DNA from: Podarcis vaucheri
Lineage: Eukaryota
Strand: one strand, 5' to 3'
Assembly (NCBI GenBank): GCA_965113315.1
Contig: OZ220372.1
DNA: 64,000 nt
Below the pieces are notes generated by a model. It did not search any database and had not been told where the DNA came from. It worked only from the letters and a program-made list of their open reading frames with translations. Numbering within the stretch: position 1 is the stretch's first letter; every line of letters starts with the position of its first letter. The position numbers and the translations under genes are program-made. This document shows, piece by piece, positions 24,798 through 37,130 of the stretch.

Positions 24798-24963
24798 CTT
24801 TCGTAGATTTTCACGGGTACAGAAATGCAGGTTTTGGTGTCTTCGGGTGTCTTCCCGTGTAAGAGTCGGGGTGTCTGGGCGACGTTTCGACGAGGTCTCA
24901 CTCGTCATCTTCAGGCTGGTGCTTTCGGCTTCTTGTTACTGGAACAGAGCAGAATCTGGTGTT
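24791..24963 (-). mobile_element. Short inverted Penelope pLTR fragment
   Basis: Reverse complement of the pLTR 3' end including the tail, flanked by (TA)n on both sides. Confidence 0.93.
24879..24916 (-). ncRNA. Hammerhead motif in the right inverted pLTR fragment
   Basis: Reverse complement of the intact motif. Confidence 0.78.
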
Positions 24964-25395
24964 ATATATATATATATGAGAAAGATGGCAAAATTCAGAG
25001 TTAGAAAATCTGATTTGCTATGCAATGCTGTCAAGAAGCCATTTCAGAGTAAGGGAAACCTTGTTGTTATAATGTAACAAAATATGAGCGGCTGAATAAA
25101 AGCACCACATTACTACATTGCCTAGTTTAACCCTGATTGGCTGAGGTTGTCTCAGTGCATTAAAAAAACCAAAACTGTATCAAAGCTGTAGCTGTGACTA
25201 GGCATGTAGATATGGTTTTGTGTGTGAAATCTTGCCCCCTGAAAATTCCTCTTTCACATCCTTTTGTGTAATCTGAAATTCAGTGGAATTATAAGAAAAG
25301 TTTGTCAACATGGGAAGAACAATATGCATTTTTATTTTTTTATTTTTCAATCTGTTTTTTTAAATTCCCTCTCAGGGGGAAAAGGTGGGATGATG

Positions 25396-25451
<56 letters not shown>
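25396..25451. repeat. (AAT)n microsatellite
   Basis: Direct reading. Confidence 0.97.
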
Positions 25452-26279
25452 TGCTATGTTCTGTATCCCACTCTGATATCTATATAGATGAAGGATGGGT
25501 TATAAATGGGTTAAATAAATACCTGATGCATTTAGATGGGCAGGGTGCTACTTTAAATTACTTATAACTAAAGTCTAGATGAATAACTATGGTCCAGATA
25601 ATTGGAAGCCGGGAATACTACTATATTTACAGAACATCTTAAAAGGTAGCTTTACAACATGTTTTGCAAGAACATTAAGGGCTGTGAAAATTCTAGCACC
25701 ACCTGCTGGACTGTATAATGCAAATGCTGATTTGTATTGAAATTTGAACTTCATTTTGGCAATTAAATGGCATATAAATAAATAATGCTATTTCAGAATT
25801 GGGATGCACACATTCATCACAAGATCTCAGGGTGGTTTACAGGATAAATTACAAGGTGAAAAAACAAGTAAACAGTTAAAACAAAATCACCAAAACCAAA
25901 ATGTACCTCATCCCAAAACCTATGTCCCCATTGTGGAAGGAATTGGCTTCCACTGTCACTTACGGACTCACTGTTAAGACTGTTCATGGCAGACAATCTT
26001 ACTCGGCTATGAGTGATCCCCAAAGAAGAAAGAATAATTATTTTAGGCATACTATTTTTGTTTTCCTACAATCTCTTCTGCCATCTCAATAAGAATATTC
26101 TAGTAACTAGTTTGTTTTTAGCACACAACCAGTTCTGAGCTTTTTTAAATTATGAAAGGGTCACAGTTCTCCTGCTGCCATTGGTTAGCTGATCTGATGT
26201 CACAGAGGGCATGGTCAATCTTAGACTAGACAGCAAAGGTGAAAGGTATCGAATCCTAAAATCAGTAAGAAGAAACTGT

Positions 26280-26560
26280 AACAATAACAATATAAACCAC
26301 CTCAATATTTTCTACGTTTCACCACCTTAGTGATCCCAGGATAGGCTGCAACAATTTAAATTACAATATTGAAACAGTCTAAAATAGGCATCAGGGTGCA
26401 TCCCAAAAACATGCATCTCAGATGTCAAAGGCTAGGATAAAGAGGTACCCCTTTAGCAAATGATGGAAACTACCAGACCCACCTGTGTTGGGAGGTAATA
26501 CCAAAATTTATGGGCTGCCACAGAGAATGCCCTCTTCCAGGCCACCACTCCTGCCGCTTG
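26280..26560 (-). mobile_element. Old L2 3' fragment
   Basis: Minus ORF contains KRAFSVAAHKFWYYLP, compared with RAFSVVAPALWNTLP in the L2 at 39039. Confidence 0.65.
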
Positions 26561-26861
26561 CTGTTCATATGCATTACTGAAATATTGGTTGCCAATGTTA
26601 CAGGGTTCATCAGCCCAGGGATCTGGTATCTTCTTGAACCCACATCTTTTCACAGATAGCACTTTATAGTATTATGGCTTTATGGCTATGGGTAAGAGAG
26701 TATTAGCTGTGTATGTGGGAGGCCTGATACCTTCCCTCTGACAGCTTGCTACAGCTGAGACTTGTCAATGACATTGTATGGTGCATTATAGAGAGGGGAA
26801 AATTAACTCAGGGTTGCCAGTTTTGGAAGCATCTCTGTTTCTTGTAGAGTTCCACTCTTAA

Positions 26862-27218
26862 GGTCCCATCCGCACTATACATTTAAAGAAGTATCATACC
26901 AAATTATTAGTATTAGTATTAGAATACAGCCCTTCAAACGAAGGGTGGTCATGGTTTCCTTCACAGAATTCTGGGAACTGTAGTTCATTAAGGGTGCTGA
27001 AAATTGCTAGGTGACCCTACAGAGCTACGGTTTCTAGAGTTTTGTGGGAAGAGGGTTTGACTTTGAAACCACTTTGGAAAGTACGATACTGTGAGGGAAA
27101 TAGGGGTCCCCAGACAACCCTCACCACCCTTAAACTACAATTCCCAGAATTCTTTAAGGGAACCCAAGATTTTTAAAGAAGTATGAAACTGCTTTAAATG
27201 AGCAGTGCATGTGGGGTC
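26862..27218. mobile_element. Palindromic MITE, PIF/Harbinger-like
   Basis: Imperfect long TIRs ggtcccatccgcactatacatttaaag / ctttaaatgagcagtgcatgtggggtc, TAA/TAG flanks. Partial copy at ~54800-54950. Confidence 0.65.
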
Positions 27219-27713
27219 TAGCACTCTGTCCATTAGTGATAAATCACTTTCCAATATTTTTGAGTGCCTTCTAGGAAGGAGGTTCATAATTTCCCTCAGG
27301 CAGTTTGTTCCTTTGTTGAATTTTATTTCAAGATTGGGAAGTTTCCCCTCTACATAAGCAAAGTGTGTGCCTACAGCTATTAGCAGTTTTCAGAACACAA
27401 ATATGGAGCAGTAGCTTCAGAGGTGCTCCTATATCCCATTTGGGACACAGCACATATCAATGTCAAAGAAGCATCAGTCCAAATATATCCAGGCATCTCT
27501 TTATTATTTAAATGTTCCTGTGCTTTTTGTATTCTGTACCTATCTTTTTCTTACTGGGTGGTGGTTGCTGTAAAGAGTATAAAGAAATACTGTTATAGAG
27601 AGTTAATATTTGGAGGAAAGGCCCCATTAGCATCTTAATGCAGTGTGGGAAGGAATAAACTCTAAGAGAATTTTTAAAAATTGTAACTCCCGTCAACCAA
27701 AGTTACTTTTGCA

Positions 27714-27851
27714 CATGCATGGGGAATCTTTAGCCTTCCAGATGTTGCTGACCTACAACTCCCAGTAGTCCTAGCAAGCATGGCCAGTGGTCAGGGATAA
27801 CAGCAGTTGTAGTTTAGCAGCATCTGGAGGGCCAAAAGTTCTTCATACCTG
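27714..27851. mobile_element. Family P palindromic MITE
   Basis: ccttccagatgttgctgacctacaact ... agttgtagtttagcagcatctggaggg inverted arms. Confidence 0.7.
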
Positions 27852-30006
27852 CTGTAGCTGGAGGACTTGGACTTCTGCGGTGTTAAGTAAACACTATTTC
27901 TTTTCTTCATTAGAAGTTGGCATCTGACTGGGAACATCTATAGAACTCTGTTACAACAGGAGGGCTGCCACTTAGAACAGCAGGTGTGCAGAGGATGGCT
28001 TGTGATGCTCCACATTAGCATTTAGTGTCAAAGGGTTTTGTGGGATCAGGGATCTGGTTAAAATAATGCAAGTTGGGTGCATTCCATGGGATGCAAGTAT
28101 TCAACCAACTTGATGCAATCAGGGCTGAGGTGGGAGAGTTTGCCCCTTCTCCCCTTTGACCCAAGAAGTCACTGTGTGTAGGAGGAGGATTGGGTTTGGG
28201 AAAAATGTGCCTCAGAGTATGGGACTTCAAGGCCGATTTCCCACCATATCAAATGGTTGTTTAAGCTGCCAAGTGTCAGCCCCCCAGGGGAGGAATCAAA
28301 TTGGGCTCACAAGAGAAAAGTATTTTCCCTGCTGTCTCCCTTTTTAGGTTCCAGCTTAAAGAGATATATCAGTCTAACTCCCAGCTCCAGCTGGAGAAGA
28401 TACAATGCCTGTGCAGCACTCTTTCCTACCAGTGTTCCACGCAGCTACAGGTTATACTGTCAGATCTATTGGTCTATCAGGCACGGTATAGTCTACACTG
28501 CCTGGCATTTGTTTGATGTGCTTTGAGTGATACTGCAAAATTGCAGGGCTATTTATATATTCCTGTTGTGTGTGTCTTCTATCACTCCTGAATCTGAACA
28601 TAAGGGAAGGAAAAGTGGGTAGAAGCATTGCATCTGCCAACAGGTCAGGAAAAATGAGTGACTATTAGATGTCATAAGAAGAGATTATTTGTGCCATGCA
28701 TCTTAAAGCAAGCATGAAAAAATACACCCAGAAATGCCTGAAGCAAAAGACACATAAATAAGACGTAACCTTTATCTTTGTTATCGGATCTTAGATAATT
28801 CACAAGTTAGGTCTTAAATAATTCACAACTTGGGTTAGGCAGGAAAGTTGCAACTTTCACATGTGCCTACACTTTGCTGCAATACAGCATCTTAGTATGG
28901 CCAATAATAAAAGGACGCAGACTTTTACCAAGGGAGTTGAAAGCAGTCTGAGGGGTGTGCTCAACAAATATGTACTGGCTTGATTGGACTGTTGCTTTGA
29001 ATATAAACAGCATGATTCTGAGGCAAGATCCCAAATCTTACATGCTCCAATGCTGCAGGGATAGATTATAACCTGATGCCTGGCACCCAAATTTATCTTG
29101 TAAGGAGGAGAAAAAGCAATGAAGAGAGACGTTTTGGATACTGGACATTAAGCAAATTCTCTTGTAACAGCAACACTAAAGGAGAGTGTGAAGCAATTCC
29201 ATTGAGGGTAAGTGGCCAAGGAAGAAGGGGTGTGGCTTAGGTGAGTGTGTGGCCTGGGGAGAGTGCCAAGAGTCAGATAGAAAGGCATTCAGCCCCCAGG
29301 CCTGAGTTCACACCCTTCCCCCACTTTAAAGCCATATCAGGATGTTACTTGATATAGGTGACCAGTTTTGTTATCATCCTATCATTTGGAATTTAATATT
29401 CATATATTAAATTCATCTTGATAACTAACATAACTCCATGGCTCTCACTACAGGGTAAGTTAATATGGGGTATATACCAAGTAGGGTAATTATTAAATGT
29501 ACCTTTAGGTACCTAAATTTAGTTATTCTGGGCTTGCATATTTTGATTCTGCCTCACAACACAATTTGAAGCCGAGGGTGGCCTGACATGGAAATGGTGT
29601 GAGCATATGTTCTCTACCCTGGATCCAGATGCCTTGAAATATAGCAGAAGTGTGTCAGAACCACTTCCATCACACAATGCCTGTCTGCCTTGACCTTCAA
29701 ACTTCATAAGAACCTTTCTGTTTCAGTACAGGTCAGTGACCTTAGAAACTAAACAGAAATTGCTACTGCATCAAGACGGTTATTCAAGGCACAATGTTAG
29801 CTGCTGTAGCACAGAGAGCAAGTTTGACCTCTCTTAAAATTGTTTCAAACCAGTAGGGAACATCACACAGATTCATCCTGTGCAAGATGCAAACAGAATT
29901 GGGTCTTCACTCAAGAGAGATACCTGAGAGAGATACCTGGGAGAGCAGGGAGAGCAGCAGCAAAATGCTATGCTACTTGATATGTACTACACTTGTGCAG
30001 GCATTA

Positions 30007-30370
30007 AAAAGGTAAAGGTACCCCTGCCCGTACGGGCCAGTCGTGACCGACTCTAGGGTTGCGCGCCCATCTCGCTCAAGAGGCCGGGGGCCGGCGCTGT
30101 CCGAAGACACTTCCGGGTCACGTGGCCAGCGTGACGAAGCTGCTCTGGCGAGCCAGCACCAGCGCCGCACACGGAAACGCCGTTTACCTTCCTGCTAGAA
30201 AGCGGTACCTATTTATCTACTTACACTTAAGGGTGCTTTTGAGCTGCTAGGTGGGCAGGAGCTGGGACCGAACAACAGGAGCTCACCCCACCGCGGGGAT
30301 TCGAACCGCCAACCATACGATCGGCAAGTCCTAGGCACTGAGGTTTTGCCCACAGTGCCACCCGCGTCCC
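30007..30370 (-). mobile_element. Sauria SINE, full length
   Basis: Minus strand starts GGGACGCGGGTGGCACTGTGGG, B box GGTTCGAATCC, (ACCTTT)n tail. 12-bp TSD gtgcaggc(a/t)tta at 29995 and 30371. Confidence 0.92.
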
Positions 30371-32281
30371 GTGCAGGCTTTACATACATATTAAAACGTG
30401 AGCATGAGAAAGTTTTGTAAGGAGGGATACATCGGGAAAGAGCTATCTTCCAGATGATGTGTACTACAGCTCCATCAGGCACAGCCAGCTAGCATGGAGC
30501 TGTAGTCCAAACCATCTGAAGGGCAGCAGATTGGTGGAGGCTAGGAAATAAGTTTCTTGGTGATATAGAACACTTGGTGTTCTGGGGAATGGGAATCTGG
30601 AAGGCCACACACCCTCCTAAGATACACCCATTCTCCACAGGCCACACTGCTCAGTGGCCTTGCTTTGCACCTCCTTGTAGCTGTAGCAGCAACACTAAAG
30701 GAGGTAAATTCTGTTTTCATCTTGCACAGGATGAATATATGTGATGTTCTCCACTGGTTTGAAACAGCAGCTGACATGGGGAAAGGGAACAGGGAAGGCT
30801 AGCTCAGGACTAGCATGGAATTATTGAAACAATTCTAAAGCAACCATCAAACAAGATTGAAACAACACTGAAGCAATGGAAATGTCAAAATTTGCAGGGA
30901 GGACCCTATCTTGGTAGCAGAACATGCACTTTGCTTGCAGAAGGTCTCCAGTTGTTTTTTAAGGATCCAGTAGCAAAACTGCTTGAGACTCTGGAGAGCC
31001 ACACCCAGTCAAAGGAATACTGAATTAGATGGAAAAGTAGTGTGGCCTAGTCTAAAACAACCCATTTTCCTATTTTCCTGCCCAGCTGTTTTGTGGAGTA
31101 ATGTGTTTGTAAGGCCTCCTAAGACTCAAAGGTGGTGTTCTGTTGGTGACATCAGAGAGCAAACTGCATGCCAGATAATTTATACATGTGCTGTCACTTA
31201 TGGCTTTGGGAGGTTACCAGGCTATCCCTCTATGTTGCATAACCTGGCTTGTCAGTCTGCTGCTGCTGCTACCCTGGCTCCATCTCCCTGTCAGTCTGCC
31301 TCCAGCTACTGCCAAATCTTAGATCTGTGCAGTAAGAAATAGATACTGACACTAGTATTTCCTTTACCTTTCCTTTACCAAATAAAAGAGGGGCAGATTT
31401 CTGAAGCACTATGTGGAAACATCATAGGAAATTATCCTTGAAGAACTTTCACAGTACATGATTGTGAAGTCATTTTATAACTGTTTCACAACTGATTTAG
31501 ATAACCTGTTGTGTAACCTGCTTAGTTGTGTACCAATAATTTCTTTTCCACAGCATTTCCAAAAGCAAGGAGGAAAACATTTTTTTAAAAAAACTATTTT
31601 GGAAAATGATTTTGTGACACTGGATATTTGCAACTGGAGTGGGGGATCTCCCAGTTGTGGAGTAAATGGCAATTAAGGATGATTAAAATAATAAAAGCAA
31701 TAGAGGATTTGGCTGCAGACTTGTACAGCATTGAATAGTATGCAGAGAGCTGGATTTCTAACCTCCTTTTAACCTACATCTGAAATAATAAGACAAAGGA
31801 AGTGAACATTAACAGTTAGTATGAAATGAGGTTAAAGGTTTGGCATTTTCAGTGTGCTGTTAGAGAGCTAACCATTTTTAATGTTGGTTGAATTAAGTAT
31901 GTCAGATGTGAATGGTCAAGACTGATTGCCAGAGTTTGGCCAGGACATATTGAGGGGAAAATACAATTTGTTCTGTGTCTGTTTAGTGTAAGGAGGAAAA
32001 TTTTAGAAATATATCTGATTTGTATCTGTTAAGCTGGTCATAAGCAAAATAGTCTCCCAGCCTCAAGAATGCACATACATGCTAAACATTATATGAACAA
32101 AAATGCTGGTTCCAAATGCCCTGTTTTTTGCTGAGGGAGTCCATGTTTCCTGGACCGAGCTCTGGTACATCAGCTGGGTGGGTGGCCACTCACACATTGC
32201 TACACAAGAAGAATATATATCACCAAACAAAGAGAGCAAAGGGGGATACAGACTTCCTTAAAAAATTGCACATGCTAGTTT

Positions 32282-32282
32282 A

Positions 32283-32333
<51 letters not shown>
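32282..32333. repeat. (CA)n(GA)n compound microsatellite
   Basis: Direct reading. Confidence 0.95.
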
Positions 32334-32342
<9 letters not shown>

Positions 32343-32580
32343 TTGAAATAATAGCAATACAATTTTCAAGCATAGTGGGGAACACTGTGACCAGGTGATG
32401 TGTGTGACTGCTCAGTCTGTTGTCCAGGTGTTGACTGTTGACGGGAAACTTCAAGGTCCCTGCACTCTGGTTCTTTGCCTTTCAACTGGCCATGGATCAG
32501 ACAGCCATTTAAGCAGAAGATGCTTTCAAAAAGGGTCTGTCCCCTGCAACATAGGGCATGTCCCTGCCCCATTTTATTCC

Positions 32581-32620
<40 letters not shown>
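32581..32620. repeat. (TTTC)n microsatellite
   Basis: Direct reading. Confidence 0.95.
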
Positions 32621-34231
32621 GACTGTCTTGTTATAAATTTTGGTGTGGGCTGTTAAAGCTGTAATTATTCAGGATTCAGGGCAGTATCTAATGAAGTAGT
32701 TCTGCTAGTTCATGTCACTGGAGCAGATTTTTGGAGGACATACAGGGAGAGTAGAGGGAGGGAAAATTCCATTGCACAAATGGAAATCCTTGCACTAACA
32801 GAACTACTTTGTTGGATGAAAGTGGATGCATTGTCTCTAGGATCAATGTATACGCATGAACACTAAGGCTCCAACTAGTTCACAGCCTGTCATGTCACAC
32901 AGTGCAGCTTTGGAGGTATATTATAAACTGTTGATAGTCCTCTTTAGGATTTTTTAAAATAGAAATGATTTAACAAAAATGTGTATCTTTGGCTTTTATA
33001 TTGATGCTTGTTACAGTGCAGATGAATACTGTTCACTTCAGCTATGTGTACTAATAAGTCAGTGGTGGATCTCAGGCACTGATCTTCAGAGCTCCTTCTT
33101 ATTTTCATTTGTGAAATCTTGGAGGGTATCTGGCTTCACCATACCAAATGGTTGTAATGATTACTGAGATAATATGTCTGAAGTGCTTTGAGCACTTAGG
33201 GAAGTGCTATATAAATACTAATTAGTATTATTTACTTATTTGCATATGTTCACTTGTTTATATTTTATAGTTTGGAAAATTCAGAGCCCTCTTGAGAGCA
33301 AGTCATAGATGCTTCTTCCCTTCCAAACAACCTCAGACAGCTATTTGTATCACTGTACCCCTATGAAGTCAAACACCCCTGATGGCTTTTAATCAGGGAG
33401 GGAAGCAATATTTTCTGTCTCCTCTATATGGTCCAGAGATCAGAGTCACTCTCTACTTCTCTACCCAGCCACAGGCTCCTCATTCAAGCATATAGGGGTT
33501 TGTTATAAATCTAAATCTCTCTCTGCCTATAGATAATACATACACGTCTGCTTCAAGAACCAGTGCTTTGCAAAAGGGAATTTGACTGAAGAAAACTCTC
33601 TCCTCTGTCACTTAAAATTGCTCACTTTTCATGAGTATGTTGCAGCTTTATAGAGTGGCAGCTGCTTAGTCAACAGACAGCACTCAAATTAACCAGCAAA
33701 GCAGACACGCTCTTGAAATTGAAATGAGCTTAGGAATGGGATCACTGATGCTGTGGATAAGAGTACAGGAGGCAGGACAGTGCAGAGCCATGTTGGTTTG
33801 TGCGTCATCAGGGATGCAGGGAGTCAATCAATATTTGCCAAATGGAATAGAAAACACTGGGCAGAGATGAAATGTGTCTTTTATGCGTCGCAGGGAGGAA
33901 GCAAGTGAAAGATTACAAATTCATATTGCTTAACACACTAGGTGGGATAATATAAATAAATGGCTCAGTCTGTGAACAATGCCTGATCTCTGAAGGGTAC
34001 ATCCAGGTTGTGCTTCCCCTAGCAACCAGGACAGTGACTGCAACATTAAACAGAAATTTGAGGACTGTGCCTCTGAATAAAGATACCTACTAACGCAGGA
34101 CCTTTGGGGCTATGGTTACTACTACCTAGGTTGATCACTGCTAGTTAAGGCAGGCTGCATGTGGCTTGCAAGCTAAATTAGAGTGTTCAACATGCCTAAC
34201 ACATGCAGAGCCTTCTGTCCTGAAGTATTCT

Positions 34232-34372
34232 TAGTCCAGATCAGTTGATAGAGAATGAGACTCTTAATCTCAGGGTCATGGGTTTGAGCTCCGCATTGGG
34301 CAAAAAGATTCCTGCATTGCAGGGGGTTGGACTAGATGACACTTGTGGCCCCTTCCAACTCTACAATTCTAT
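34232..34372 (+). mobile_element. tRNA-Lys(CTT)-derived SINE with CR1-type tail
   Basis: tcagttgatagagaatgagactCTTaatctcagggtcatgggtttgagc..ttgggc follows tRNA-Lys. Tail gggttggactagatgac..cccttccaactctacaattctat. Confidence 0.82.
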
Positions 34373-35899
34373 AGCTCTGTAATGCTGGAAACACTCACAT
34401 ATAACCATTACGGTCCTGATTCTCAACTCTCCTGCAGGGTGCTGCACTTACATTCACCGAGCCTTGGTAAATCCCCAGCATACCTGAGATCCATACAGCC
34501 AAACAGCCTTGCAACAAGAAGTAACACTATGGATGAGAGTGATCACAAAATGCATAATAAAAAGCTATAATTACATTAGACCTTATTACTTGAATGGGGG
34601 TGGTTACAACTGCCTGGTATAGTCACACAGCCGTTCTATCAGTTATTGCAAAGCTGCCAGGCTATATGTTTACTAGCTCCCATGTTTGCTAGGTTACAGC
34701 AGCTTGCATTGGCATGGGCACAAGGCAGTGGTGGGGAACCTGTGGCCCATAGGGCCAGGCCTATTTAGCAGTAGCACATGCCATGATAAGGCACTGCTGC
34801 TCACCTGAACTGATCTCCAATTGGTCATAGCTGCTGCTGCTACTGGGAGATAGAAAGTGAAGGCTGAAGTGGCAGGGAGGTTGATGCAGTGCAAACACCC
34901 CAGCAGGAGAGACATATCTGACTGGAAGTCATGTGAGCAGTGGCACCCCACTCCAGAGTCTCATTGCTGCTGTTTGGGCCTATCAAGCCTTCAGGTTTGA
35001 CCTGTGAAAATGTTTGGGGTAAACCAGCTAGGAACTTTATTTATGTACTTAAAAAGAGCTGAGTTTCTAGGGATGCTGAACTTGGAGGAGTTGCCATTTG
35101 TAACATGCACGGTATTCTGCAGTTTTTCTGGTCTTGCATGGCTTACTCACTGCCCTGAGTATGAGATTTACTACATGCTATGGCATGCAAAGGTGAATCC
35201 AAGTGACTCGACTCTTTCCATTGTCCTAGACTAACAAAAATGATTTGAAGTATTGCCTTTGTCCATACTTTCCCCCTGGAACAAACCTGGCCACAAGGTC
35301 TGTAGTTATCCCCCCCGCAAGTAAATGCTTCATCAAGTGCATCCCTTATACATATTCGTATTTTGTAAAGACTTAAATAACAAAGTCTCAAAACAGTCTT
35401 AACAAAATCTATCCAGATCTATTTTTAGCAGCTTGAACATGTTGGCTGTTACATAACATTCATTCACCATATATTCAGTAAATAGCCCCATATATGAAGG
35501 AATGATATTTTAAAGTCCATTTTGTTTCTGTCTTTCACATTTTAAAATAGGGCCTGGAAGCATTTAACGGTAGATTTCTATAGTGGGTGCATAAAGAGTG
35601 GTAACTGTTACTTGGTCTTGCTGTGCTTGGTCATTGCAAAGGCTGGTAAGCTTGCATCTCATTTTAATAGACATACATGGAAGTCACCAAGAAGAAGAAC
35701 TCAGGCTTTTAGCTAGTTAGAAAACAGACTTTCTGGCTACTTAAAAGCTAGTGTCTGGCTGGACTTGTCTCCCTTTCTGCCCATTAGGGGTGGCGGCGAA
35801 GATATGTTATGATAAAGGACATTGGTTTCAACACAAGATCATGGCTTTGATACAACATAATGATTATTTTTCTTTGCAGTATACATGGGAAATTGTGAC

Positions 35900-36110
35900 A
35901 TGATAGATATTTATAAAATTATGCTTGGCATGGAGAAAGTAGACAAAGAAAGCTTTGATCCCTTTTTCACAGCACTAGAATTTGTAGGAATCCAGTGAAG
36001 TTGAATGTTGGAAGATTCAGGAAATATAAAATAAATACTTTTTCACATAGCCCATTGTTAAACTGTGGGACAGGCTCCCACAGGAGGCAATGATGATCAC
36101 CAAACTAGAT
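35900..36110 (+). mobile_element. Old CR1 ORF2 3' fragment
   Basis: YKIM.GMEKVD..F and F..FTH..VKLWD.LP-like degenerate coding sequence. Confidence 0.65.
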
Positions 36111-36219
36111 GGAGGAGAGGGCTTATTTGAAGCTAGGTCACAGAGCTGGAAAAGGCACAGAAATACATGGAAATACTGAAGTGTTTGGGGCTTTGGGTTA
36201 GATAAAAAGGCAACTAAGT

Positions 36220-36670
36220 TGGAGGCTTATACAATTATATATGGTGTGGAGAAAGTGGATATGTAGATAATAACTTTGCTTCTCTCATGACACTCACTCT
36301 TTAGAGCACCCAAATAAATTGATTTGCAGTAGATTCAGGACAAACTAAAGAGGGTATTTCTTCACACATCATTAATCTATGGATTTCACTGCCCTAAGTT
36401 TTGCAGATGATTGCTAGCTTACATGAATGTAAGCTATTGAAACTATTCCTATCATGGCTGTTAGCCAGGATAGCTAAATGGAGCCTTCAAGTTCAGAAGC
36501 AGTATACCCCTAGATATCACTTGCTTGGGAAACAGTAGAGGAACACTGTTGCCTTCATGCCCTGTGGGTGGACTTCCCAGAAGCATCTGGCTGGCCACTG
36601 TGGGAAACAGGATGGTGGAGTAGATGGAGCTTTGGTCTGATGGAGTTATATGGCTCTTCTTCTGTTTCTA
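36220..36670 (+). mobile_element. Second old CR1 3' fragment with 3' UTR
   Basis: tatacaattatatatggtgtggagaaagtggat..., tail ggccactgtgggaaacaggatg..agatgg..ttggtctga. Confidence 0.65.
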
Positions 36671-36973
36671 CATTCTTAGATAAGAATAAACTTCTTTGAT
36701 TCTTTCACATATCACATAATGATGGAAAAGCAGGATAGTTTAATATTAACATGGGTCCAGTTGCGAGGACAACAAAAGTGGATTTTGCCAGCCTTTAAAG
36801 TCATCAAGTTACGCTCTGAGCTTTGAAGGACAAATACCCACTATCTGTTACACAAGAGTTCTGAGGAATTTACCATTCTTACTTCATTTGAAGTCTTTTC
36901 TTTTTTTCTTTTTACAAATGTCAACTTTGTGTTGATACGTTTTTCGACATTTGAATGCCATATATTGATTTAT

Positions 36974-37130
36974 ATCATAGAATCACAGAATTGAACAGTT
37001 GGTTGGAAGGGAGCATGGGGGTCAACTAGTCCAGCCACCTGCAAATGCAAGAATCTTTTTGCCCAACGTGGGGCTCAAACCCACCACCCTGAGATTAAAT
37101 GTCTCATGCTTTACCGACTGAGCTATCCTG
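36974..37130 (-). mobile_element. tRNA-Lys-derived SINE
   Basis: Reverse complement of the 34232 family, with (ATTCTATG)-like tail. Confidence 0.8.

Larger units (their letters stand above)
19318..24963 (+). mobile_element. Penelope-like retroelement (Penelope/Poseidon type), composite insertion in (TA)n
   Basis: RT + GIY-YIG ORF. Direct repeat 20973-21802 = 23934-24763 (offset 2961). Inverted copies at 19318-20929 and 24791-24963. (TA)n tracts at ~19296-19318, ~24763-24794 and ~24963-24978. Confidence 0.96.

Noticed and set aside
24593-25077. ORFs containing YIYIYI runs (also 19225-19479)
   Set aside because: Translations of (TA)n plus pLTR sequence.
25264-25487. Poly-Ile and poly-Asn ORFs
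   Set aside because: Translations of the (AAT)n microsatellite.
34232-34305. Functional tRNA-Lys gene
   Set aside because: Acceptor stem and T arm are degenerate, and it is fused to a CR1-like tail, so it is a SINE head.
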